Origin: Gammaproteobacteria bacterium
Lineage (GTDB): Bacteria > Pseudomonadota > Gammaproteobacteria > JACCXJ01
Assembly (NCBI GenBank): GCA_050740755.1
Contig: JBOIDT010000001.1
Location: forward strand, 1-58,782
Length of the DNA stretch: 58,782 nucleotides
Reading direction: 5' to 3'
Both the position numbers and the translations under genes were made by a program. Shown piece by piece: positions 37,478 through 50,298 of the stretch. Within the stretch, counting starts at the first letter, position 1. The number at the start of each line of letters is the position of its first letter. A model generated the notes under the pieces. The model was not told where the DNA came from. It saw only the letters and a program-made list of their open reading frames with translations, and did no database searches.

Positions 37478-40374
37478 TGGGACGGCGCGGGGGAAACTCG
37501 ACCCCGATGCCGGGAGTTCAGCGTCGTCGCTTCCTCGGTCTCCACTGGAAGGCGTTCCTGTGGCTGAGCGGGCTTTTGCTGTTTCTCTCCGCCGCCTTCT
37601 ACATCCTCAGCCAGCATCACCTGACCGAGCAGTTCCGGGCGCAGCGGGCCGCCGAGGTGGCGTCGTACCGCACGCAGATCGGGGGTCTGTTCAGAGGGAC
37701 CTCGGATCGCCTGGTGCGGCTCGCAGGCACCATCCCGTCGATGGGGGACCTCGGGGACGCCATCAAGTCCGGCAATCGCGAGCGGCTCGCGGCCGTGGCC
37801 GCCGCGGCCCGCTACGCGAGCCTGGGCTACGAGCTCGAGGTCCAGCGCATCGAGCTTTTCCTGGCGGGCGGCAAGGGCGAGGACGAGCGCGTGTGGCGTT
37901 GGACGCAGGCCGAGGCCGAGGACCTGCCCGAGGCGCGGCTGCGAGGCGCGCTCGCCGAGGTGCGGCGCGAGGAGGTCCCGGTGACGCTACTCGCCTGCCA
38001 GCCGCTGTGCCTCTTGAACGCCTTCGTGCCGGTGCTCGCGGGGGACGAAAACGTCGGGGTCCTGGCCGTCGGCCAGTCCATCGCCGACCTCGTGATCGCG
38101 TTCAAGGACTTGACCGGCGCCGATCTCGCCATCGTCGTACCGGCCGGCGGGAACGGTGGCGCGCACCTGCGTGCCTGGGGGGCGGTGGTGCCGGCGCTCA
38201 CGGAAAGGAGCCGGATCATGCCCTTGCTCGAGGATCTGAGCGGCGATGTCCCCGATCCCGCGGCCTTGAACGACGGCCGGCCCGTCGAATGGGGGGGCGC
38301 GAGCTATGAGGTGCATCGCGTGCCGCTCGCGGAGTTCATCCCGGCCGAGACCGGATTCGTGGTCCTTATCGCCGACGTCAGCGCGCGCCTGGCCGCCATC
38401 CGCGCCGCCGCGCGTCAAGGGTTTGTCGCGACGGCGGGGGCGCTCGGGGTGGCCGAGCTGATCCTGTTCTACCTCGTGACCGTCCCGGCGAGGCGCCTGC
38501 GGCGGCTGGCCAGGACCTTGCCTTTGCTGGCCGAGGGTGCCTATGACCGGGCGCGGGCCGATCTCTCGGCATCCCGGCAGATCTCACGGTTTCGCGACGA
38601 GGTCGATCTCCTGTACGACACGGCGGCTACGCTCTCGGACCAGCTTGAAGAGAATGCACGCGCTATTTCCACCAAGAACCAGGAGCTCGCCGTCGAGCGC
38701 GACTTCGTCCGCGGCCTCCTCGATTCCGCCCAGGTGCTGGTGGTGACACAGACGCGTTACGGTGTGATCCAGGCGGCCAACGAGCTCGCGGCACAGCTCA
38801 CCGGACTCTCCCCTTCCGAGCTGAAGGGAAGGCGGTTCGTGGACCTGATCGGCGATGTGGAGGCCCACCGGGAGGTTCTGGCCGGTCTCGAGGCCTTGAC
38901 CCGGACCGGCGGGCGCCGCTTGGAGCAAGAATACCCGCTGTCCCGGCGCGACGGCGAGTCCCGGCAGATCGTGTGGGTGCACACGCCGCTCCGCGAGGAG
39001 CACAGCGACGGCACCGCCGTGCTCTCGGTCGGCCTCGATGTCACCGATCGGGTGGAGGCGGAATCGCGCATGCGCTGGCTCGCCAACCACGATGGCCTGA
39101 CCGGGCTCGTCAACCGCCACCGTTTCCTCGAGGAACTGAAGCGCACCTATGACCAGGCGGCTCGCGGCGGCATGGTGGCCGCCGTCCTGCTCTTCGACCT
39201 CGACCACTTCAAGGAGATCAACGATACCAGCGGTCATGCCGCGGGCGACGCGCTGCTGCGCACGGTCGCCGAGGAGTTGCGCGCCCGGGCGCGTAAGTCC
39301 GATATCGTCGCGCGACTGGGCGGGGACGAGTTCGCGATGCTCATGCCGAATACCGATCCTTACGGGGCCGTGGCCTTCGCGCGCCAGATCAACGAGCGCC
39401 TCGCGCAAATGCCGTTCGTCTATGGCGAGCGGCGTTATCGTACCGGCGCCAGCATCGGGATCGCGCTCCTGCCCCAGCACGGCAGCGATTCCGAGGAGTT
39501 GCTCGCGCACGCGGACCTCGCCATGTACGAGGCCAAGCGCGCCGGGCGGTCCTGCTTCCGGATGTTCGCCCACGAACACGAAGACACCGGGGCGCTGGCG
39601 GGCGGCGTCCATTGGAAGGACCTTTTGTCTCGCGCGCTCGCCGAGGGGCATCTGTTCTTCGAGTACGAGCCGGTGATCGAGGTCGGGAGCGGGGCGGTGG
39701 CGTTCCACGAGGCGCTCCTGCGGCTCCGGCTCGAGGATGGCCGGGTCGTCTATCCCGGCGAGTTCCTTCCTGCGGCGCAGCGGGCCGGTCTGGGCTATGA
39801 GATCGATTGCTACGCGGCGCGCCTGGCCGTAGAGGCCCTCGCCTCGGGTGCCGCGCGGTCTCTGTCGGTGAATCTCTCGACCGCGGCGCTTGCCGACGGA
39901 CGCTGGGCGGAGCCTGTCAAGACAGCCGTGGCTAAGAGGGGCCTGGATCCCATGCGCCTCATCTTCGAGATCACCGAGACGGGCATGATCGGCGACATGG
40001 CCCTGGCGCGACGAATCATGGATGAGCTCGTGGCCCTCAGGGTCCGCTTTGCCGTGGATGACTTCGGCTCCGGTTTCAGCTCGCTCTATTACCTGAAGCA
40101 GCTCCCCGCGAGCTTCGTCAAGATCGACCAGTCGCTGGTGAAGGGGCTTGCCGAGCACCCGCGGGATCGCGATTTCGTTCGCGCCATCACCAGCATGATC
40201 TGTTGTTACGGCAGGACGGTCGTCGCCGAAGGCGTGGAGGACGCCGCGACCTTGAAGTTGCTCGAGGAGATGGGTGTGGCCTTGGCGCAAGGGCGTTACC
40301 TAAGCCAGGTTACCGAGCCCAGGGGTTCCAGTTCGCCTTTGCCGGCCTCCGAACAACGACGGTTAGCACGATGA
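37477..40374 (+). CDS. Membrane sensor with a periplasmic domain, HAMP, PAS, GGDEF and EAL domains (c-di-GMP turnover)
   Basis: ATG 37477 overlaps the OMP stop (TGATG). Two TM helices flank a ~280-aa periplasmic region. PAS segment. GGDEF motif RLGGDEFAML. EAL motifs FHEALLRL, DDFGSGFSSL and KIDQSLV. Confidence 0.9.
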   Translation: MGRRGGNSTPMPGVQRRRFLGLHWKAFLWLSGLLLFLSAAFYILSQHHLTEQFRAQRAAEVASYRTQIGGLFRGTSDRLVRLAGTIPSMGDLGDAIKSGNRERLAAVAAAARYASLGYELEVQRIELFLAGGKGEDERVWRWTQAEAEDLPEARLRGALAEVRREEVPVTLLACQPLCLLNAFVPVLAGDENVGVLAVGQSIADLVIAFKDLTGADLAIVVPAGGNGGAHLRAWGAVVPALTERSRIMPLLEDLSGDVPDPAALNDGRPVEWGGASYEVHRVPLAEFIPAETGFVVLIADVSARLAAIRAAARQGFVATAGALGVAELILFYLVTVPARRLRRLARTLPLLAEGAYDRARADLSASRQISRFRDEVDLLYDTAATLSDQLEENARAISTKNQELAVERDFVRGLLDSAQVLVVTQTRYGVIQAANELAAQLTGLSPSELKGRRFVDLIGDVEAHREVLAGLEALTRTGGRRLEQEYPLSRRDGESRQIVWVHTPLREEHSDGTAVLSVGLDVTDRVEAESRMRWLANHDGLTGLVNRHRFLEELKRTYDQAARGGMVAAVLLFDLDHFKEINDTSGHAAGDALLRTVAEELRARARKSDIVARLGGDEFAMLMPNTDPYGAVAFARQINERLAQMPFVYGERRYRTGASIGIALLPQHGSDSEELLAHADLAMYEAKRAGRSCFRMFAHEHEDTGALAGGVHWKDLLSRALAEGHLFFEYEPVIEVGSGAVAFHEALLRLRLEDGRVVYPGEFLPAAQRAGLGYEIDCYAARLAVEALASGAARSLSVNLSTAALADGRWAEPVKTAVAKRGLDPMRLIFEITETGMIGDMALARRIMDELVALRVRFAVDDFGSGFSSLYYLKQLPASFVKIDQSLVKGLAEHPRDRDFVRAITSMICCYGRTVVAEGVEDAATLKLLEEMGVALAQGRYLSQVTEPRGSSSPLPASEQRRLAR

Positions 40375-41417
40375 AGATAGGGAGGATCTCGGTCCCGGAA
40401 CTTTACTGTCCTTTCCCCCCGGCCATGAACCCGGCGGCCGAGGCCGTGCAAGATCACACGCTCGCGTGGGCCAGGAAGCACGCCCTTGTGCGGGACGAAG
40501 CGGCCTACGAACGCCTGCGCCGGTCTAGGTTTGGGTACTTGGCGGCTCGAGCCTATCCCGAAGCCACTCTGTCCAGGCTCAGCATCGCCTCGGACTGGAA
40601 TACCTGGCTCTTTGTCATGGATGATGAGTGCGACGAGTCCGGGATCGGTAGGCGTCCCAAGCGGCTAGGGATCTTGCACCGTCGCTTGAATGGGCTGCTC
40701 ACGGGGGACGCGATTCCCCGGTTGCGCGAGCGCCCAGGGCGCATCGACGTCCCCTTATCGCACGCCTTGTGCGACCTCCGTGACCGCATGCGGGCGCTCA
40801 TGACGCGCGCCTGGATGACGCGCTTCGTCCAGAGCGTAGTCGAATACTTCGAGTCCTCGGAGTGGGAGGCCGAGAATCGGGAGCGGGGCCTGTGGCCGGA
40901 TGCAGCGACTTACATCCGCATGCGTCCCTATACAGGGGGTCTTTACACCGATATCGAACTCATCGAGCTGACAGAGGGCATCGATCTCCCGATCGTCGTG
41001 CGCAACCACCCGGCCCTAGAGCGTCTAGCGCTCCTCACCAACAACGTGGTGTGCTGGTCGAACGATATCTTTTCCTTGCAGAAGGAGCGCGCCCACCGCG
41101 ACATGCACAACCTAGCCTTGATCCTCCACCACCATGAGGGGATCACCGAGCAGGCCGCCGTGGACCGGGTTGCGGAGCTCATCAAGGGGCAGGTGCAGCG
41201 ATTTATCGCGCTGGAGGCCCGTCTGCCGCAGTTCGGTCCGAGCATCGACGTTGCAGTTCGGCGGTTCGTCGCCGTCCTGCGTGCGTGGATGCGAGGGAAC
41301 CTCGATTGGTCCCGCGAAACCGGCCGGTATCGCAGTGCCGAAGCCCAAACCCCACCTTCGCCCACGATGCGCGACGAGGGCGCCTTTATGCCCCCAGTTC
41401 TGATGGCATCCGATTAG
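40371..41417 (+). CDS. Class I terpene synthase, bacterial sesquiterpene-cyclase type
   Basis: ATG 40371 overlaps the GGDEF-EAL stop (ATGA). Asp-rich motif FVMDDECDE, NSE triad NDIFSLQKE and C-terminal RY pair (ETGRY). The N terminus PELYCPFPPAMNP is typical of bacterial cyclases. Confidence 0.85.
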   Translation: MKIGRISVPELYCPFPPAMNPAAEAVQDHTLAWARKHALVRDEAAYERLRRSRFGYLAARAYPEATLSRLSIASDWNTWLFVMDDECDESGIGRRPKRLGILHRRLNGLLTGDAIPRLRERPGRIDVPLSHALCDLRDRMRALMTRAWMTRFVQSVVEYFESSEWEAENRERGLWPDAATYIRMRPYTGGLYTDIELIELTEGIDLPIVVRNHPALERLALLTNNVVCWSNDIFSLQKERAHRDMHNLALILHHHEGITEQAAVDRVAELIKGQVQRFIALEARLPQFGPSIDVAVRRFVAVLRAWMRGNLDWSRETGRYRSAEAQTPPSPTMRDEGAFMPPVLMASD

Positions 41418-41577
41418 CCCGAGGGCCGTCTTCTCAAGGTCGGCCAAGGCCATGCCGAAACAGCCCGCGCAGGGAGGCGCCACAAAACGGTCTGCCGGCG
41501 AGGCAGGACCGGCGGATCACGATAACGCAAATCGGCTCCATTCGTGGTCCGACACCACCCAAATCGTAATGTGAGCA

Positions 41578-42954
41578 ATGGCACGCGGCCCGTCGATCGC
41601 GCCGTCTTGCGCAGGGATCGAACGCCAGGGAATGGAGTTGTCCATACACGCTTCCAAGCCCGCCGGGACACGGCGCATCCTCATCGTCAGCGAGAGCGAG
41701 GACCTGCGTCTCTTGCTCGCGCAGCTCTGCGCGATGGAGTGGCCCGACGCCGAGATCCACGAGTGGGGCCCTTGCGTGCCCGAGCGCACGGCCGCTGCAG
41801 CGGGGCGCGCCGACGCCGACGTGGTGCTCGTCGATGACGCGCTCGAAGGCGCTGGGGTATTATTCCCGGACGGCCTCACGGCGCACCACGGGCACCCGCC
41901 CATCGTATGGCTCCTGGACGGTGCGACGCCTCGATCGCATGGAAACGCCGCGCTATCGCTCCACAAATCGGACCTCTCGCGCGCGGCCATAGGTGCTGTG
42001 GTGCGCACCGCGCTCGCCAGGGGCTCGGGCAGCGAGTCCGCCGATACGGTACCGATCGGTGCCTATGGGGATACCGAGCCCCTGGAGGACACCGCGTCCG
42101 ATGTCTTCCTGCTGCGCCGAAACGTCGGCCGCCGGCCCGAGGCGGTGCGGCTGAACGGTTTCCGGATGCTGCGCAAGCTCGGTGCCGGCGGCATGTCGAC
42201 GATCTTCCTCGCGCAGCATCTGGCCAAGGGGATCCCGATGGCGCTCAAGATCCTGGACAGCAGGCTCATCGAGGACGAGCGCTTCCTGGACCTGTTCATG
42301 CGGGAGTACAACCTCATCTCGCATATAAAAAGCCCCCACGTCGTCCGTATCTACGAGCAGGGGTTCACCGATACGCACGTCTACATCGCCATGGAGTATT
42401 ACTCCCAGGGCGATCTGAAGGCCCGCCTGCGTTACGGGGCACTGCCGCCGGCGACGGCACTGCGGATCTTCTGTCAGGTGCTGCGATCGCTCGAGGTTAT
42501 CCATGCCCACGGGATCGTGCATCGCGACCTCAAACCGCAGAACCTCATGTTCCGCGAGGACGATAGCCTCGCGCTCATCGATTTCGGCATCGCCCGGCAC
42601 CATGATGCCACGGCCGATCCGGAAGCGGAGGGGCAGGCACCGACGTTTGGCACGCCCTACTACATGAGCCCGGAACAATCCGGGGGCCTGCCCGGGGATC
42701 ACCGCTGCGATCTATACAGCGCGGGGATCATCCTCTACGAGATGCTGACCGGCGCGAAGCCCTATACGGGCAAGACGGCCGTCGAGGTCATGGCCCAGCA
42801 TATCGGTGCACCCATGCCGCATCTACCGAGCGCCGTCGCGGTCTATCAACCGCTCATCGAGCGCCTCCTGGCCAAAGCCCCTGAAGACCGCTATCAGGAT
42901 GCCGGGGAATTGGCGAACGCCCTCGACAAGCTCTCGTTTCTCCCCGGCCGCTGA
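41578..42954 (+). CDS. Ser/Thr protein kinase with an N-terminal degenerate receiver-like domain
   Basis: Hanks kinase motifs LGAGGMSTIF, ALKIL, HRDLKPQNLMF, DFGIAR and GTPYYMSPEQ. The N-terminal ~130 aa (RRILIVSESEDLRLL...DVVLVDDAL) resemble a REC fold without the acidic pair. The start may instead be ATG 41632. Confidence 0.85.
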   Translation: MARGPSIAPSCAGIERQGMELSIHASKPAGTRRILIVSESEDLRLLLAQLCAMEWPDAEIHEWGPCVPERTAAAAGRADADVVLVDDALEGAGVLFPDGLTAHHGHPPIVWLLDGATPRSHGNAALSLHKSDLSRAAIGAVVRTALARGSGSESADTVPIGAYGDTEPLEDTASDVFLLRRNVGRRPEAVRLNGFRMLRKLGAGGMSTIFLAQHLAKGIPMALKILDSRLIEDERFLDLFMREYNLISHIKSPHVVRIYEQGFTDTHVYIAMEYYSQGDLKARLRYGALPPATALRIFCQVLRSLEVIHAHGIVHRDLKPQNLMFREDDSLALIDFGIARHHDATADPEAEGQAPTFGTPYYMSPEQSGGLPGDHRCDLYSAGIILYEMLTGAKPYTGKTAVEVMAQHIGAPMPHLPSAVAVYQPLIERLLAKAPEDRYQDAGELANALDKLSFLPGR

Positions 42955-42999
42955 CCGCCACCTCGTCTTGACGCGCGGCGGGCCCGTTCGGCCGCTCAT

Positions 43000-43659
43000 T
43001 CACGGACAGGGCGGCATGATGTCCCCGAAGCCGGTGATGGTGGGAAACTCCGAGGGAGGATGGGGTGGTGCGCGGCTGTCGGGACGGCGCACACCGTAGA
43101 GGTAGCGTACCCCGGCGACCTGGGCGGTGCGAAGGCAAGTGAGGTCGTCGTCGATGAGGACCGTGCGCCGGTCGTCGAAGGGCTCGTGCGCCCGCGCCAT
43201 GTCCCAGAACCGGGGCTGTTCCTTGGGGGCCCCGAGGTCGTGCGCACACAGGATCGCGTCGAAGTGTCCGGTGAGCCCGACTCTCGGGAGCTTGATCGCG
43301 AGGCTCTTGGGGTGGGCGTTGGTGGCGAGCACCACGCGCTTGCCGAGCGCGGAGAGCGCGGCGAGGAATTCGGGTACCCGTGGGTGCGGCGCGATTAGAT
43401 GCGCGACCTCGCGTTTGATCTCGGCGATCTCGATGCCCAGCTCTCGCGTCCAGTGATCGACGCAATACCAGGCCAGTGATCCCTCCCGCGCCTTGAGCCT
43501 CGGCGCCAGGTCGGCCTTGGCGGCCAAAAGGCCGATACCGGACCGCTCGGCATAGCGGAGCGGCAGGTGCTCGGTCCAGAAATGGGTGTCGAAGTGGAGA
43601 TCGAGGAGCGTGCCGTCGAGGTCCAGCAACACCGTGTCCACCGAAGACCAGTCGAGCAT
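43000..43659 (-). CDS. HAD-superfamily hydrolase, YrfG (GMP/IMP nucleotidase)-like
   Basis: VLLDLDGTLLDLHFDTHFWTEHLP...VLATNAHPKSL...LIDDD. Confidence 0.8.
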   Translation of the reverse strand: MLDWSSVDTVLLDLDGTLLDLHFDTHFWTEHLPLRYAERSGIGLLAAKADLAPRLKAREGSLAWYCVDHWTRELGIEIAEIKREVAHLIAPHPRVPEFLAALSALGKRVVLATNAHPKSLAIKLPRVGLTGHFDAILCAHDLGAPKEQPRFWDMARAHEPFDDRRTVLIDDDLTCLRTAQVAGVRYLYGVRRPDSRAPPHPPSEFPTITGFGDIMPPCP

Positions 43660-43834
43660 CGCCTCCCGCGCCTCGCCACCCAGGAGCCTTAGCACCCGCC
43701 ACCGGTCTCGAAAGAGTCCGGAAGAGGGCTCATGTTATCTTTACTATTCAATCAATAACAGGATTTTCATCGGTCCGAGTCTAGAGGGGGGGATCCCTGT
43801 ACGCTCGCTACCGTATCTTGTATCTTACCGCGCG

Positions 43835-46800
43835 ATGAAGCTATCCAAGATCAGGCTCGCGGGGTTCAAGTCCTTTGTGGACCCGACCACCTTGGATCTG
43901 TCGGGCAACCTGACCGGCGTCGTGGGGCCGAACGGCTGCGGCAAGTCGAACCTCATCGATGCCGTCCTGTGGGTCCTGGGGGAGACCTCGGCCAAGCACC
44001 TGCGCGGGGGCTCGATGGCCGATGTGATCTTCAACGGCTCCGGCAACCGCAAGCCCGTGGGGCAGGCCACGGTCGAGACGATCTTCGAGAACGCCGACGG
44101 CACCTTCGGAGGGCAGTACGCGGGCTATGCCGAGGTGTCCGTGAAGCGTCAGGTGAGCCGGGACGGGACCTCCAGCTATTTCTTGAACGGGGTACGCTGC
44201 CGGCGCCGCGACATCGTCGGCCTGTTTCTCGGTACGGGGCTCGGTGCGCGCAGCTACGCCGTGATCGAGCAGGGGATGATCTCGCGCATTGTCGAGGCCA
44301 AGCCCGAGGACTTGCGGGTGTTCCTGGAGGAGGCGGCCGGGATCTCCAAGTACAAGGAGCGCCGCCACGAGACCGAGATCCGAATCGAGCACGCCCGCGA
44401 AAACCTGGCGCGGCTCGACGATGTGCGCGCGGAGCTCGACCGGCAGCTTGAACGCTTACAGCAGCAGGCCAGGGCGGCGGCCCGGTACAAGCGGCTCAGC
44501 GACGACGAGCGCCTGGTCAAGGGCCAGCTCCTGGCGCTGTCCGTCAGGACGCTGTCGCAGGGATCGGAGGTCCAGGAACGGCTGACCGTCGAGTGCGAGA
44601 CCGGGGTCGAGGCGGCGCTGGCGGCCCTGCGCTCGGTGGAGGCCGAGATCGAGGCGGGGCGCGCCGACGAGTCGCGGGCGCGCGAGGGCTTCGACGAGGT
44701 GCAGGGCCGCTATTACCGGGCCGGCGCGGAGATCGCCCGGCTCGAACAGGCGATCGGCCATGCCCGGGAGCGGCGCGAGGGGCTCATGGCCGAGCTCGAA
44801 CGCGCCGGCCGCGCGCTCGAGGAGGCCGAGGCCCGGCGCGCGGAGGCGCGCGCGGCCATCGCGCGCACGACCGAAGAGATGGCACTCTTGGAGCCGCGTT
44901 CGCGGGAGGCCCGCCTGGCCGAGGGATCGGCCTTCGAGGGCCTGACCCTTTGCGAAGAGGCTATGGAAGGCTGGCAATCCGAGTGGGACGCGTCGAACGC
45001 GGAGGGCGCACGGCGGAGTAGCGAGGAATCCGCGCTGGCCGCGCGTGCGGCCCACCTGGCGGAACGGCGGAGCGAGCGGCAAGCGCGTCTCGGGACACTG
45101 CACGACGAGCACGTGCGCCTGGACGCGCTCGCCGGTAGCGATGAGATCGCGGTGCTCGAAGCCCGGCTCGGCGAGGCCGGTGCGATCCTGGCCCAGCGCG
45201 AGTCGGAGCGGGCCGGGAATCGCGAGGCCCTGCGCGAAGAGCGCGCGCGGCGCGACGCGCTGAACCGCCACCTGGGCGAGTTGCGCGAGGGGCTCGCGAC
45301 GGCGGTCGGGCGCCTGTCTTCACTGGTTACGCTGCAGGAAGCGGCGGTGGATGGCCACGATGGGGCGGTGCGGGAGTGGCTCGCCCGGGCCGGGACGGCC
45401 CTGCCCGTGCCCCTCTTCGAGCAGATCCGGGTGGAGGCCGGGTGGGAGCCCGCGGTCGAGTCGGTCCTGGGGGATTGGCTGGGCGGCTTTACCGTGGCGT
45501 CGCTCGTCGATGCGGCCCGTGTGCTCCCGGACCTGGGCCAGCATGGCGTGGGCCTGATCGAGACAGGGGCGGGCCCGGCGCCGCTCCGTCCGTCCGGGGC
45601 CGTGGCGCCCTTGTTGATAGAAAAGGTCCAAAGTCCGGTAAGGCTCGACGGCGTGCTCGGAGGCGTGTATGCCGCCGAAGGGCTGGACGAGGCGCTGGCG
45701 CTGCGCACCGGTCTCCATGCCGCCGAGTCCCTGGTGACCCGCGACGGGGTCCAGATCGGACCGGGCTGGCTGCGACGCACCGGGCGCGTCCCGGGCCGGG
45801 CGGGGGTCATCGAAAGGCAGCAGGAGATCCAGTCCCTGGAGGCGCAGCGCGCGGCGTTGGAGGAGGCCATCGAGGGGTCCTTGCGCGAGGCCCGGGAGGC
45901 GCGTGAGACTGGCACGCGCCTGGAGGCCGAAGAATCCGAGCTGCTGGCGGCCATCGCCCGCGCCCGGGAGGTCGTGGCCGGTGTGTGCCCCGAGCTGGCC
46001 GCGGCGGAGGCCGCGAAGGCGCAGCGTGCGCTGCGGTTGGCCGCGCTGGCCCAGGAGATCACGACCTTGGAGGCCCAAGAGGTGTGCGACGCGGACGACG
46101 AGGCGACGACGGCGGCGCGGCTCCTGAGCCTTCACGAGGCGCTGGCGGAGACCGGAACGCAACGCCTGGCCTTGGAGGGTCGCAGAGAAGCGCTGGGACC
46201 GGCCCTGTCGACCGCCCGCGCGGCGTGGCGTGCGGCGCGCGAGGAGAGCCACGCGCTGTCCTTGCGGATCGAGTCTCTGAGGACCCGCTACGGGGTCCTG
46301 GGCGAGGGCGAACGGCGGGAGTCCGAGGCCCTGGAGCAGCTCGGGGCGCGTTGCCGTGAGCTGCGCTCGGCCCTGGCGGAGGATCTCGGGCCCTTGACGG
46401 CCCTGGAACAGGCCCTGCCCGGGGCGCTGGAGGCGCGCCTATCGGTGGAGGCCGAGCTCGGCGAGGCGCGGGCCGTTCTGGAGCGCTGGGATGTGGCCCT
46501 GCGGGAGGCGGCGGAGCGGCGTCTTTTCCGCGAGCGCGAGGCCGATGCGTGCCGCGAGCGGCTGGGCGAGGCGCGGCTGGCGCGCGAGCACTTGCGGGTG
46601 CGTCTCGAAACGAACCGGGAGCAGCTCGCGGGGCAGGGGCTCGTGCTCGACGAGCTGCTGGCGGTCCTGCCCGAGGACGCGCTGCCGGCCGCGTTCGAGG
46701 AGCGCCTCACGCGTATCGCCGAGCGGCTGGCGCGGCTCGGGGCCGTAAACCTCGCGGCCATGGAGGAGTTCGAGGCGCTCGCGGAGCGCAAGACCTATCT

Positions 46801-47353
46801 CGACAGCCAGCACGCCGATCTCACCGCGGCGCTTGGGACCCTGGAGGACGCCATTCGGCGCATCGACGGGGACACCCGCGGCCGGTTCAAAGAGACCTTC
46901 GATCAGGTGGATGCCCATCTCGGGGTCATCTTCCCGGGGCTTTTCGGCGGTGGCGAGGCCCACCTGGAGCTGACCGGCGAGGACCTCCTGGAGACCGGCG
47001 TCACCGTCATGGCTCGCCCACCCGGCAAGCGCAACAGCCGCATCCATCTGCTGTCCGGGGGCGAGAAGGCGCTGACGGCCCTGGCGCTGGTGTTCGCGCT
47101 CTTCAAGCTCCACCCCGCGCCGTTCTGCCTGCTCGACGAGGTCGATGCCCCGCTCGACGACGCCAACGCCGCGCACCTGTGCCGGCTCCTCGGATCGATG
47201 TCCGAGGACATCCAGTTCCTGTTCATCACCCACAACAAGATCACCATGGAGATCGCCCACCGCCTGGTGGGCGTGACCATGCAGGAGCCCGGGGTGTCGC
47301 GGCTCGTCGCCGTGGATGTGGACGAGGCGGTGCGTCTGGCCGCGACCGGGTAG
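43835..47353 (+). CDS. smc: Chromosome partition protein Smc
   Basis: MKLSKIRLAGFKSFVDPTTLDLSGNLTGVVGPNGCGKSNLIDAVLWVLGE. Long coiled coils, a hinge, and the C-terminal motifs LSGGEKALTALALVFALF and LLDEVDAPLDD. Confidence 0.95.
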   Translation: MKLSKIRLAGFKSFVDPTTLDLSGNLTGVVGPNGCGKSNLIDAVLWVLGETSAKHLRGGSMADVIFNGSGNRKPVGQATVETIFENADGTFGGQYAGYAEVSVKRQVSRDGTSSYFLNGVRCRRRDIVGLFLGTGLGARSYAVIEQGMISRIVEAKPEDLRVFLEEAAGISKYKERRHETEIRIEHARENLARLDDVRAELDRQLERLQQQARAAARYKRLSDDERLVKGQLLALSVRTLSQGSEVQERLTVECETGVEAALAALRSVEAEIEAGRADESRAREGFDEVQGRYYRAGAEIARLEQAIGHARERREGLMAELERAGRALEEAEARRAEARAAIARTTEEMALLEPRSREARLAEGSAFEGLTLCEEAMEGWQSEWDASNAEGARRSSEESALAARAAHLAERRSERQARLGTLHDEHVRLDALAGSDEIAVLEARLGEAGAILAQRESERAGNREALREERARRDALNRHLGELREGLATAVGRLSSLVTLQEAAVDGHDGAVREWLARAGTALPVPLFEQIRVEAGWEPAVESVLGDWLGGFTVASLVDAARVLPDLGQHGVGLIETGAGPAPLRPSGAVAPLLIEKVQSPVRLDGVLGGVYAAEGLDEALALRTGLHAAESLVTRDGVQIGPGWLRRTGRVPGRAGVIERQQEIQSLEAQRAALEEAIEGSLREAREARETGTRLEAEESELLAAIARAREVVAGVCPELAAAEAAKAQRALRLAALAQEITTLEAQEVCDADDEATTAARLLSLHEALAETGTQRLALEGRREALGPALSTARAAWRAAREESHALSLRIESLRTRYGVLGEGERRESEALEQLGARCRELRSALAEDLGPLTALEQALPGALEARLSVEAELGEARAVLERWDVALREAAERRLFREREADACRERLGEARLAREHLRVRLETNREQLAGQGLVLDELLAVLPEDALPAAFEERLTRIAERLARLGAVNLAAMEEFEALAERKTYLDSQHADLTAALGTLEDAIRRIDGDTRGRFKETFDQVDAHLGVIFPGLFGGGEAHLELTGEDLLETGVTVMARPPGKRNSRIHLLSGGEKALTALALVFALFKLHPAPFCLLDEVDAPLDDANAAHLCRLLGSMSEDIQFLFITHNKITMEIAHRLVGVTMQEPGVSRLVAVDVDEAVRLAATG

Positions 47354-47407
47354 CACGGACTCCCGCATGGCTATTGCGGAGGTTGGTTTCGGAGGGGGTC
47401 CTGGTTT

Positions 47408-50243
<2,836 letters not shown>

Positions 50244-50298
50244 CCGAGCCGGCTGCCGTAGTCCGGATGAAACGAAGTGCAAGCCCCACCCCGCCCTG

